The notes below the pieces were generated by a model. That model was given only the letters and a program-made list of their open reading frames with translations, was not told where the DNA came from and searched no databases. From NCBI GenBank assembly GCA_040954595.2, contig CM082589.2, positions 124,001-188,000 on the forward strand: a DNA stretch of 64,000 bases, written 5' to 3'. The position numbers and the translations under genes are program-made. Position 1 is the first letter of the stretch. The number at the start of each line of letters is the position of its first letter. This DNA is from Balanoglossus misakiensis. Its lineage: Eukaryota; Animalia; Hemichordata. Positions 33,937 through 46,900 of this stretch are shown here, one piece after another.

Positions 33937-36900
33937 AGATGGAGAAACAGAAAAATTGCAGATTTGAATAATTGTGCACATCAGAATTGTGTATCTGAAT
34001 TCCGTTTGCTTTATTTTTCTCAGTTTATAACTTTATGTGACCAAATAAATGACATCGATCGAACGAGATACACATTTGCTTGTGTCATAACAATTTATGG
34101 AGGACTAACAACACACCTGGACGATTCAACATAGGCTATTAGTAGCTGAGAAGTTCAGCAGTGAAAAGATAACTATCACCGATGAGGGCAGTGTGGGAAT
34201 CTACAAGTGGTTCTCATGAATACTTCGACCAAAATCTACCCTGTGTCGTGTGGTGGCGACGTGCAAGTCACAGCCTGATATGTCTGAACTGGTGGATTTC
34301 ATTTCGCCGATGAGAGCAATTATGGCGGTCATAGCTCATCTAACTCGTCCAGTAGCACGAAGTAAAAGCGGTAACGCTGAGAAGTACACGTTAGTTGCTG
34401 CCACGTGTGCGTTTTCTGTTCCAAACCTTATTGTATCGCCTCGTATCAAATTATATACATCTTATCACATCACATGGCCGACAATCTTGGAGACAATTGA
34501 TTGCGTGTGTTTTCATGAAAAGTCATACTAAGCATACTGTTTAAGACCTGAAAATTTTATCTTTACAGAAATGAATACATCCAGAGTAACATGATCGACT
34601 GAAGGTCATGAAAACTGACTTTGATGAACAAATTAATGTTTGCAAGCTTTAATAGAATTGACTTCTAAATGTCCAATACACGACAAAAACAAGATACAGG
34701 AACCCTAAGTCAAGTAATCCGGTGTTACATAACTGGTAATTTGGCCAGTGTCTGTTAGAGAGCAACCGTGCACACGACAGTTACCCCCAATTACGCATCA
34801 TTGAATCCTTTTTCAAAGAACATAAACGTCTTTCGTAAATAAACTCCTTTCTTTCTATTAATTTGCATTTAACTGGCCTGTCTTTAAGAATCGACACGGT
34901 ACCTCCCTAATCTGCCAAATCGGATTTATTTGTTTCTCGAGAAATCAGGCTATACAAGATATCTTAGCTCATTGCCCATTGAATGGTTTCTACATTAGAG
35001 CTTTGCAAGTAAAATTTCTGTTACTGTGTTTGTTGAAATGTTTACGTCGATGAAGTTTTACATATAACCGTCTCGCGAGTTTTCCCGGGCCATGTGGACA
35101 ACGCCGCGATTATCCTATTCATATAGATATATCTTTGAGTAGTAACATTTTCTTGGGTGCCACGCGTATACCCTGTCAAAGATTTTGATAATTAGCCTTT
35201 GAATACATCTTAGTCGGTTGGCACTCTAAGTCACCAAAAGGGTTAATTAGCAATAATTGGTGTGTTTATACAGTTTGTTATCCGAAAGAGCGGTGGCGAG
35301 TATATCCTGACTGGGAAACTTCAAGACAGAACACATTTCTCTGTCAGTGAATGTGAATGAATTGAATCTGAGACCTATTGGACCAATGATAAACAAGGCA
35401 GTGGACACAGAACGTGAGTGCTTAAAGATGCTCGGTGATCAAGCACTACCAGCTGGATATTAAGTCTTTAGAAGTATGCATTCGGCGGGTCCTTTTTAGA
35501 GACGCGGTCAGTACTGTTCTGAAGACCCGCCATTGTTTTACTCATTATTTCGGCACAATGGTTAAAGACATATGGTCTCCCGGCTTTATACCGAGGAATT
35601 CTGTTCAGACTTTCAATCTGCATTTGTAATATTGTTTTTATTCTACACATTTCCCTATCGCTGTGATTGAAATTTCATTTACTATACGCGTGTATACATT
35701 TTTTTCGTGTGATTTGGCTAAGTATGGAAGTCACCGAGCAAATAACTTACTTTCTGGTTAGATAGCTATTTATTCAAAAGTTCAGAATTTCGTTCTCTTT
35801 TGCGATTGGAGACTGTCTGTATTTGGATCTTTTCATCTTGTTGGCGGGAAATACTGTAATTGCTTCCTCCGTCATAAAACTCTGTTTAGCTACAGTCAAA
35901 TTATCTTGTCCATTCTTCCATCAATTCTATTGTGTCTCATCCCTTTGTATCAAGATTTACCAAAATCCCCCCATTGATATTATTGTTGAAATCGCACTTA
36001 AGTAATCTAACGGTCTTCGACTTGAGGGTGATTGATTCAATTCACTCGCTAATTTTATACATATTGTTTCAATCATTGTGCAATTGTGAGATTGGTCAAC
36101 ACCTCATTGCTTGTGCCTTGGAAACAGATCACATTTGTCTCTATGCCATATTCTGTTATGATAGGGACTACTGACATCAATCAATCAATCAATCAAAACA
36201 TTTACATGGACCGTGCCAAATTGCAGAGAAGTCAAATGGACCACAATACAAGCACACATAACGCCAAGGCCTGGGCTTACCCAACATCATTTAATGACAT
36301 CAACATTAAGGCTTTTACTACCGCTGATTTTGTTTTGACGAAGACTTTCGTATTTTACATTATTTTCACAGTTTTGCTTATTTCTATTTTTTATGTTTTA
36401 CATTGTAAATTGGTAGTCTTTGGGCGTGGGCTTTGTTGACAACGGCGGCTCGTGGTGTGGTAGAGTAAGTTAGAAATAACCTTGAAACAACCTTGATGCA
36501 AGTTTTCCTAATTAACACAACCGCTATTCAGTTGTAATTGCAACGCAGAGTGACTAAGATTATACGTGATTCTGATCGCTAATCACTCTTTCAAACAGAA
36601 GCTTAAGCGACGGCGAGGGTTTTGTCTCTGGTGGATCAAAGCAAACGGTCATTTAATTCTTCAAATGATAAAAAAAAACAATAAAGCCACGCTTACAATA
36701 TTGGAGAGTAATCTGGCGGACGCGGTTCATCCCCAAACTGTCAATGGCCTATTCTGACAGACTGACGCGGAGCGAGTTTCTAGGAAGTGCATGATCAGAT
36801 TTGTAGCTAATTACAGGTTATCCGTATTTGTTTACGGTCTTTTTCAGCTTAACTTTTGTGAATTTCAAAGCCAAAGTGAGACACGCCGACAATTAATCGA

Positions 36901-37413
36901 TGGAGCGTAACACAACGGACAGCTGCGATTTCAGGCTGCACAAGCGTTTGTTGTTCTTTTGAAGACGATCCTGACTCATAAATAATTCATCATTCAAGGA
37001 GAGATGACAGGACAGTGTTCTGCCACTAATTGTCCCTGGATAATGATGAGTCAATCAAAGTATTCCCCGTTACACCTCTCGTACTCTGAACAATCGACAA
37101 CGTGCAACACAATGCAGACCACATGTGCGTGTCATTTTGCGGGTTGGTGTCACCACACGACCTGGAGACGATTGTCCATGGAAAAAAACCTTCGATCGAG
37201 AAGTTTGGTTTGTCTTGCAGTTTTGTTTATCATATGTACAAGTGTTCAGGGTCTATATACAATGAAGGAGGCTACACATTTGCACTGAGCAATATTACGA
37301 TACAAAATGATCATTTACCGATATCAGCTGATCACCTTCAAATCTATATTTGCAGTCTTGTCCATTTTCGGTCAAAGATACGAAAACTGAACGATATGGT
37401 GTAAAAACTCCAT

Positions 37414-37444
37414 TGACTGACTGACTGACTGACTGACTGACTGT
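37414..37444. repeat. (TGAC)n microsatellite
   Basis: About seven tandem TGAC units. Confidence 0.85.
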
Positions 37445-39601
37445 GGTGTTATAAAGTACAACAACCCGGTAAGCCATGTGTTACGTATCTCGTCAAATAA
37501 ATCAATTGCATCATTTGTATGCAGACAACAATGGCTGTCATTCCACAGCCTGTCGGTTACACGAGTCTTGTCTGTACATATTTCACCTTTAGAAACCCCC
37601 GCTAAAACCTATTTCCTGTGTACCGATTTTTCTCCCAAAGATCTTATCTCAAACCAGCGTATAGTCATACATGCAGACCTTATTGCAGTCGGTAGAGCAA
37701 GGACAACGTACCCATATCAATAACAAAAACTTCAATCCGCAAACAAAGTAATACATAATTAGATCTGATAACATTCACCTACAACTGCACCGGGGGTGTC
37801 TCTCCTGGGGCAAAGTTGTCATTTGGGTATAGCCGCAGTTTCGTGGGCCTGCTTGTCCCAATTTCACTTTTAAAGGTTCGTATACATGCCTTTATAGCCG
37901 TCGGATACTTCAAGATTGAGTTTTAGTAAATATTATCTGCACATTTATATCTTTGTAAGTGGCAAGCATGCATTATAGAGTGCAAAGTCATCTTAACAGA
38001 TTGGAGACATACAACCCACAGCGCCTAGCCTTCTGGTATTTTCCCATCCCAGTCCTTGCTATAGTTATCGAGGAGTGGGGACCCCGTGTTTGATTGACAA
38101 CCCCAATAATTACGTCATTATTTGGTCGGTACTTTGTATGTGCCACCAGCCATATTTTCAAATCTGCTTTTGATCTTTTATGATCCTTATCTATTGTACC
38201 ATTTTATTTCCTTCCTTTTCGTAATACATTTTCTCTCTCTGCGTTATTTCTATGAAAGTCCTCAACAAACGCGCGCGTGCGTGCGTGGCGCAAGGCTCCA
38301 GTGAAACACATGGTGCGCTGGGTTCCAAATATCCTCCGTTGATTGACTTGCTTTTGACTTGCAGGGCAATCTGGTACTAGCCCCCCCTATGTAAACGAAT
38401 GAATATTTGAATCCTAAGGCTAATAACTTGACAGAGATTTTGTTACAGCATTGGCTTGAAGTGTTCATCGGCCGATCAAAGACGAAGCTAGTCAATCATC
38501 ATTGATTATTATTTAGTTGGTGGAAGGGAAACTGCAGTGTCCTCATGAACACCACATGTCGACGACGTTTACAATTTGCGCTCAGTTTCACACTATGGTA
38601 TATTAGTATAATTATTAGTGCATATGATTTGTTTATTACACAAATTAGCGGTTCATTGACAATACGTGTCAAATGGTTCTTTGGCCAATCGCATAATTGA
38701 GTAATTAGTACCTTTAACAACTTTCATAACATTTGGTTATTTCATTCTGGACACACATGTTAAATTAGATGACCTGCTTCATAGTTGACCAATGGATTGA
38801 GATTTATAACAGATGACCTTTGTCCTTAAACACCTGAGTTAAACCATGCGAAGCAGTACTTAAGGCCGACTGACATTTACTGGTGCAATGGTGACCACAC
38901 AGTGACATAGGTAACAACGACTGGCCGGTAAATTAGGCGCCTACATCGTACTTTTCCCAGACCGTGTCACTTTTATCAACTATCTTCAGGATTCACTGTA
39001 AAACTCCACTGAATGAGCACACCTACTCTTTGGGAACTACCACCCACTTGTAAAGTTATCTAAGGCCTACATTCCTGTCGTTAATGTCAAGCGTCATCAC
39101 GTCTAATCTCGACCGTCCCATTACAGTTGACACAGCTGCGTGTTTTTATTACAACGTGATAAAATAGCTTTTACTCCAAATAGCGAAAACACTTCAAGCT
39201 GTATGCCAGTTTAAGAAATTGTATTTTATGCATCACGTTGTTGTGTCAACTTCATAGGGCCACTTGTAAATCCCTGTGGTAACGCTTCAAATTGACCTTT
39301 ACATACGACAAGACGTTATGTAGTGCAATTGGGGGTGGTTCTAACTGCAAACAAAACTTTTCAAGTTTTTACTGAATTTAAAAAGAAATACAGGGAATAG
39401 GTCATGGTTCAAAATTCTTTAGGTAGTGGGTGGTCTTCCCTTTAACCATGATTCAGTCGTGTATTATGTTATTTAACCCTTTAAGACGAAGAAAAAATGC
39501 AAAAAGACCAACTTTAAAGCCCCCAAAGTAGGCGTACATGTGCTCAGTGAAGTCATTGACCCGACCCTAGGCACAATGCATCTTTCAAACTACAGAACTG
39601 T

Positions 39602-41067
39602 TACTACAGACCGGTTTCAAACCTTCCGTTCTTGTCAAAACTCCTCGAGCGTGTAGTCGTTCAGCAACTGAACAGTCACCTCACTAAATTTAGTCTTTTC
39701 ACAAAGTTTCAAAGTGCTTACCGTGCTAATCATAGCACGGAAACTGCTCTCTTGCGTGTCCACAATGACATCATGCTTGCCTTGAATAACAAACAGGATG
39801 TAATTCTTATCATGTTAGATTTATCAGCGGCGTTTGACACTATCGATCATGAAATAATGCTACAGAGACTACATCATCGTTTTGGAATAACTGGTAACAC
39901 TTTATCGTGGTTTCGTTCGTACCTCGTTAATCGCCAACAGTGCGTCAAGGTTGGATCTGCATCATCCCCAAGTTCTCGCATGAAATATGGCGTTCCACAA
40001 GGATCTGTTCTAGGACCTCTCATGTTTACACTCTACACTGCACCTCTGGAAGACATCTTCGGAAAACACGGGATTGATTGCATGATATACGCGGACGATA
40101 CGCAAATTTATGCCATCTGCAACAGCCCTAACGATGTTCGCAATAACATTGAGCTCTGCGTCGATGATATCCGCAGCTGGATGAAATCTAACATGCTTGT
40201 ACTGAATGATGATAAAACTGAAGTTATTCACTTTTCATCACGTTTAAAATCTAATGTGACAACATTAGACTGTCTAAGAATCGGACAATGTGACATAATT
40301 CCTTCAGTTTCAGTTAAAAATCTCGGCGTTATTTTAAGTCAGGATGGTAGCATGTCTGATCATATTAGTAAGCTGTGCAAAAATGGTTTCTTCTCTTTGC
40401 ATAGAATAGCTATAATTCGTAATCTTCTTGACAGATCTACAACTGAGAAACTAGTTCATGCATTTGTAACGTCTCATTTAGATTACTGTAATAGTCTTTT
40501 GTTTGGTATCCCGAAGGGACATCTAGCTCGACTTCAGTCTCTACAGAATGCTGCGGCGAGGCTAGTTACTCATACGCGCAAGTCCGATCATATCACACCC
40601 ATACTCAAAGATTTACACTGGCTACCGGTAGAGGCCCGCATCAGTTTTAAAATTCTCTTGCTCACATTCAAATGTATCAGTGGTAAGGCACCCGCCTATT
40701 TGACTGATCTTTTACATTTATATGTACCAGCTCGAGAACTGCGCTCTAGTGTTCAATTCTTTTTAACTCATCCTCATGGTAAATTTAACAAAACCTACGG
40801 ACAGAGAGCTTTTTCAGTTTGTGCGCCCATTTTATGGAACAATTTACCCCTTGATATCAAAACCGCCAGAAGTGTCAATATTTTTAAGCGTAATTTGAAA
40901 ACATACCTTTTTACTCGGTTTTATGTGTAACGTGTTCGATTGTGTCCTTTTAACTATTTTTACCAGCCTTGTATTTTTTAATCTACTCTTTTAGCTATGT
41001 ACAATGCGCTGAGACGTATGTGTAGCGCATTTTAAACAATTCTTAATAATAATAATAATAATAATAA
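39602..41067 (+). mobile_element. 5'-truncated non-LTR retrotransposon (L2/CR1 group)
   Basis: Begins inside ORF2 at YRPVSNLPFLSK; short 3' UTR with stem-loop AATGCGCT..AGCGCATT (~41002-41031) and a (TAA)n tail (41044-41067); candidate TSD AACTGT at 39596-39601 and 41066-41071. Confidence 0.9.
39632..40930 (+). CDS. LINE ORF2 reverse transcriptase, C-terminal 432 aa, uninterrupted but lacking the endonuclease
   Basis: QSAYRANHSTETAL, LDLSAAFDTIDH, GVPQGSVLGP, YADDTQIY, LNDDKTE, VKNLGV, LDYCNSLL, QNAAARL, HITPILKDLHWLPV, GQRAFS. Confidence 0.93.
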   Translation: MSKLLERVVVQQLNSHLTKFSLFTKFQSAYRANHSTETALLRVHNDIMLALNNKQDVILIMLDLSAAFDTIDHEIMLQRLHHRFGITGNTLSWFRSYLVNRQQCVKVGSASSPSSRMKYGVPQGSVLGPLMFTLYTAPLEDIFGKHGIDCMIYADDTQIYAICNSPNDVRNNIELCVDDIRSWMKSNMLVLNDDKTEVIHFSSRLKSNVTTLDCLRIGQCDIIPSVSVKNLGVILSQDGSMSDHISKLCKNGFFSLHRIAIIRNLLDRSTTEKLVHAFVTSHLDYCNSLLFGIPKGHLARLQSLQNAAARLVTHTRKSDHITPILKDLHWLPVEARISFKILLLTFKCISGKAPAYLTDLLHLYVPARELRSSVQFFLTHPHGKFNKTYGQRAFSVCAPILWNNLPLDIKTARSVNIFKRNLKTYLFTRFYV

Positions 41068-41149
41068 CTGTCATTCAGGGATTTCACTCTACCGCGTCTA
41101 CCTGTATTTGACTAGTTATGTGTCTTTGTGCGGTCAAGAAACTGTAACT

Positions 41150-41188
41150 GTCAATCAATCAATCAATCAATCAATCAACCAACCAATC
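41150..41188. repeat. (TCAA)n microsatellite
   Basis: tcaatcaatcaatcaatcaatcaatcaaccaaccaatc; a shorter tract lies at ~36177-36196. Confidence 0.85.
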
Positions 41189-43859
41189 AGTGTTTGTAAA
41201 CTCTATTTGTACAATCATACTGAACATATATTCTCTACAACTATGATTGTCCTCTCCGTAACAAACAAAAAAACTTCGGGTAATGGGAATTTCGATGATA
41301 ATTCATAAACATATCTTTCCATTCATATATAGGTTTTTGTTTATAATGCGAATAAATATTTGTTACAAACATAACCCAGCCATGGGTGTGGCAGTCTGCC
41401 TTCTGTGTTTTGTTTATCAATAGTTTAATTAATTAGAATATACGGGTACCTGTTATTTGAAGAGCTATATGTTGTTAGCAATTATTAACAGATTCACAAG
41501 TTTGTTTCAGGAGTGTAGTTTGGTCTTTATTTAGACCACTTTTAAATCAACAGGTTGCTGTTTGAATTCATAGTGTGTGGACAGATTGTGGCGAAATACG
41601 TGTCAAAAGTCTATACTGTTTCGGTTACCCAAGATTCCGTGCATAGCAACGCGTGGGAAGACGGGACAAAGTGATCTTTCATATCGCCATCTCACCACAG
41701 TGCGTGTCATAAACCCAGGGTATTATCTGCCATATAGACGTCGCTTCTAGCCGTCAGCTTATCTGCCTGGTAAGACTATCTCTGAATATTTGAGTGTGTG
41801 CGTGATCGTGTGCGTGCAAATGTTAGAATACTGTTTAAGCTTTCAACATGAAGTTGTATGCATAGTTTTTATTTGTTGAGTTTATGAAAATTTATCACAG
41901 TAAAAATATTAGAATTTTTGTTTTTACAAAAAATCAAGTAGAACAGTGAAATATACAGTAGATCTTATTTGTAGCCTTCAACTTTTTTGCATGTGGGCCT
42001 ACATCAACTATTTTAGTTTCCATCACACTTTCTGTTTTTGTGAGCACTTAAATGTGGCATACACAGGCTGTAAAACATTTGAGCCAATTATGCATGAATA
42101 AAGTACCAGAAATTGGCGAATGTATGAACAAAATGTTTTAGAAACGATTTTCACGAGTACAGCGTTTACGAAGCCAGAGCTGGATTAGTATGGAGGTCAC
42201 ATATACGCGCATGCCCAAATCCACTAAAAACTTACAGTAAAGGCAGCTCCCATACATTACGCACTGATCGAAAATACGATATAATGATCGATCGAATTAA
42301 TTGCAGGCGCGCGCCTAGGAAAAATATTCTTCCACTCAAAATTATCTCCGGGGCTTAAAGCCTCAGACAACTACCAGAGTGGTTGTTGCCCGAGGAAGAA
42401 TTAGATTGCATAGTCTCTTTGGTGTGTTGGGGGTTGACTGGAATGGCGGCATGTGGGCTGGGATGGTCGGATGTGTAGAACCCTTTTGGATGGTTTCAGA
42501 CGGCCACTGAATGTATTACTGGGAGAGTGTCTTTGTTCAGATGGGAACACAATAAATCATTCTACGGCTTCAATGAGGTGAAATCAGTACTGTATGATAG
42601 TAATTAATATTTGCTTATATTTTCGACTTATCTATATAGGTTCATATTGTGTCGTCAGTTAATTTCCGAAATGCAGTCAGAATGACCCGAAGATGAAGTA
42701 GACGTTAGAAAATGCATGACCCGCATGTGGCCACAAACTGTAACTGATTCATTAATAGATTAGACTTAAATAATGTCAAATATCTGTGAAATTACCATCA
42801 TATTTCACCATCTAGTATTGTTCACTGAAAATTGAATGAACTTCAATCACTCGAAACGTACATCCGTCTACATTGATTTTCAAAAACCGTGACGTTGCTG
42901 AAACTTTTGGTATTTGTTCGGAATACTCTTTTTACGTTTTGACCAGTGTATCAATTGCACATTCTTGTTATATCTACGTATACTTCATGACAATATTGGC
43001 ATATCATATCTTAGGATTGTAGGTAATGTACTAGACGTCCCGAGTCGAATTAATATCAAAATTATTGGTCTGGTTTTACTTGTGCATGACAGGTACATGC
43101 AGTCTTGAGAACGAAGACATCACGTAGCATCCTGGTTTCACAAACAGGGTAGATCCGTATAAATTAAGTTCAAACATACTGACATTGGTCTAGTCTAGTC
43201 TAATCTGGACAAAACCTTGTCTAGTCTTGTCTAGTCGGGGCTAGGATAATACCCATTTAAAAGGAGAAATCGCTCTACACAGACTGATATTATGGATTGT
43301 GTTTTATAGTACATGTATTTGATTTCTGTTGTCAGATTATAATTTTTTTCCCAAAGTGTTCTCTGATGTTAAATTCCTACGAGGTACGGGGCAATTGATA
43401 ACCTCAGTGCAGTGACATTATCGTGGGCAATGGCCAATGCGGGTAGGGGTCTAACGTGGGTTGAGAGAAGCAGGAAGACGGCTTAGACGCCTGGGCGAGG
43501 CACCAATTGGCCGAAATGACCGCTGAGTGACCTACACCCTCGCATATTTGTTGGTATGGCATTGAGCAACATTCCATTTTTCACTGTCTTGTACTACAGA
43601 CAAAATTCAATTGGGGATGTGTTTGATGAGTGTACGTATTGAATGGTATGTTTTTGCGTAGGTATGGATGAATGTTCTAGAGTTTGAAATCAAAATAGCG
43701 CACTCGCAATCAACAATAAGACAGGATGTAAGGGTCGCACGTACAGAAATACATTTAAGGTGTGTCAAGACATGGACAAGGGTCAGGGCAAAGCATCAAA
43801 ACGCACATTTGAAACCGTCGATTGTCTTCCACTACCTGGGATATATGTCTAGCAGGCTC

Positions 43860-43947
43860 TGTGTCACATGAGAATGCTGTCCTATGCAAATAGTCTAGCC
43901 ACGCGAGATCTCGCAAGGTCTCCTGGAGTTCGGGAAATGGTCTATTG
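43860..43947 (+). repeat. GCGAGATCTCGC repeat family, copy 3
   Basis: TGTGTCACATGAGAATG..CTAGCCACGCGAGATCTCGCAAGG..GGAGTTCGGGAAATGGTCTATT. Confidence 0.75.
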
Positions 43948-46900
43948 CAGCCATCAACATGAATGGAGGCAATCATTTCTGTCGAGGACAGCTAAAACAC
44001 AAGAAACGTGCGACTCTTTCAGAACGTAACAGAAAATGTGACTTCCCATACAAGAGCATACGTATGTCATGGCCATGGCAAATAGGAGAGGGGGGGGGGG
44101 GTATTCTTTGTCATCATTTCAGACTGGGTTTCGAGGTCACGTGTTTTCCGGACGCCCGGCGGTTGGAGTGAACGGGCGGGCTACGCACAAAATCCACCGC
44201 TCGCTTTCGTCGGTGATTTTTTGAAAAAAAATATCTACTTTTGACAATCAGAACTCAATCATTGTACAACTTTCAAATTATTTCTTGCAAAGAGGAGCAT
44301 TAATTAGTTGTAATTCAACTATCTGAATTTAAGGAAAATGTCAGCGGATTCGTTTCGCATATTTCACTTTCTTCAATATGAACTCTGGGAGACAGATATT
44401 GATGGTTGCAACTTTCGCGAAGCGTAAAGTTTGCTTGGGGTTCAAATTACAAAGTATAGGTTCCCGTCCATCTTGGATTTTATGTCGAGCTGCCTGCATT
44501 TAGTTTGTAATTAAGAGTCATTTAGTAAGTAGAACTAGCAGAAAGCCGAGAGGTGCTCACTGATGATATAGATTTTTCTATTAAGAGCCTTCAACACAAG
44601 TTTGCTCACGTGCGAACACTTAAGTAGGATCCGTCTCAATCAGCGCGCGCAAGCGTCCGAATCCATTCGTATACCGCGACGAAAGAGTGAAACTTGCAGA
44701 GACACGCGAAATGGGGAACAAAATCGTTCATGAAAACCTCGTTTTCTTTGTATTAAAACACCAAGCGATGTGTGAAAACTGATTGTGTTGACGATTATCA
44801 GTTGACCCTTCCGTTCATAATTAAGTTTCATGTTTGTTCATTTTTCCATGTTTAATTTCTCGCCAGTATGACCACATTCATGCGCCTTTTTTCTTCCGCC
44901 GGGCGAATCGCTTGTAGGAAAGCGCAGACTACTTTCTATGTAAATCGTCGGGAATAGCTGAAAGCTAGAGATAGAGGCAAAGCAGGCGCTTTTGTGGTCT
45001 TCGTATCCAGGAAGAACAGCAAAGCATCATGAAAAATGGCTTTGTTTGATGCAATAGTTATTGACTGGGCAAATAGTAACCGGCATGGTAGAGAAAGAGT
45101 CTGGCCTGAGAATACACACACTTGTGTACAAGACTAAATGTTTCTTTTTATTCGATTCATTCATGTAAGACACGTGTATTCGGGCCGCTTGTTTCCTTCA
45201 CTCCGGGCCTGTCTATAAGAGACATTAGTATTCAAACAAATTACTAATAAATTATCCAACGCCTTTTTATTTTGTCATAAGAAAAAAATACTCAGTTGAA
45301 CAAACGATTCACAATGGGCTATATTTCTGATCCAAAGCTATTATGCTTGGCTAAAGTTCGACACTACCATAGGTTCTGTAGGAACTCGACAGTAACATTG
45401 CTATGTGCGCGCAAGGATACTTCATGCGTTTCCATGTGAGAACACTTTTTCAAGATGATGCTTGATATTCGAATGCCTGAAACGTTTGCTGGAAGTGCAT
45501 CATATGAGAACGACGTTTAATGGCTATTTTTTGTATATATAAAAATCGAAATATTGCAGAACTTGAACCGCGAACTTTTGGCAGAAAAATACGGGGTAAT
45601 TTCAAATTAATGATTAAAGATTGCTATCGTTACGAACCGCTATTATGTCGAAGTCATTGTCACGTAATTCGAAATATCGATTGTGCTATTATTATAATAC
45701 CAGTAATTCATTATTAAATATCTTTTATTCTATCTTTGATGAAATCTGAGTGCTTAATCGACTTTTCGCGGAAGTAATAATCGATACACATTTCAAACGC
45801 AACAGTTTTCCATTCCATTTCCGCTTGATATTTTCAACATCATTAAAGTAGCTCAGTCGACGACGCAGGTGTGTAGGTTTTAATTAATCACGTGACCACC
45901 TCTGACGCGGCTTTCCACCACTAACTTAAATCCGACAATTTACCATCACGCCATATCCAGCTGTTTTGCCAGAAATTATCTGTTTTATAAGTAGCTCAAT
46001 ATCCCACTTATGGCCATTTGTTTCAGAAGTTCGCGTTAGCGGGAGTTTACTGTGTGTTTTTAAAGAAATTTTATATGAACTTGTACGAATTACGTGACCA
46101 CAAAACTTGACTCAGGCTGATATCAGATGCTGTATTTTTTTATATTTTCAAATATTTATTTTTTATATTTTTTTATTTTGCTACGAACTCTTGAATCACA
46201 AAATGTATAGCAGTAATCCGTGAGGGACAAATGCAACGATGGATTTTTCTGTTCAATCGGTCCTTATTTTACGACGTTTTATGTCCGTCTGGGCGCAGGG
46301 GTCACTTCGACCAAAATGGCTGCAGAGAATGGTCGATAATGAACAATACGAACTCCTTTTGAGTTGGCCTTGATCCAGTAAAATATGGAAATTAAGCCGG
46401 CGGACAATTTCAAGGTCAATTAGCAATCAGATAGAACGTGATACATGTAAATGATATTTTGCGAATAATCTGCAGCTGTTTGGATGCCATCATTTAAGTC
46501 GGCCTATAGAATCTATCCGGGCGATCAAGGGATGTTTCCAACTTCTGATATAGTGCAGAGCCATACTTTGGCAGCCAGTGCGCATGCGGAAACCCCGGTC
46601 ACCAAACCTATGAGCATTCGCCCAAACGCACAGCTGAAGGGACGGTATACATATCTGATCCCTAAGACGAATGATGCTTATTTCTTCATTTGTTCTAATT
46701 TATTCCCTTTTCAACACATTTGACTCTATCCCTTCTAGCCTATAATAGACGTTGGCCTTTCTTTTGGGTGCGACTTCAGGGCGTCCCTGGGGAGAAGCGC
46801 CGCTATAATCAACACATGGCCACAAAAATGTCTGATTCATGTGAAACACTTCTGTGAGTAGTTGCTAGTTGTTTGGATGATATCGCCTGTTGCGAATTTG

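Noticed and set aside
39632-40930. RT as a retron, DGR or domesticated host gene
   Set aside because: Motifs, 3' stem-loop, (TAA)n tail and 5' truncation identify an ordinary LINE copy.
43188-43245. (TCTAG)n-like run resembling the foldback terminus
   Set aside because: Low-complexity pentamer repeat without the element's internal sequence or a TSD.
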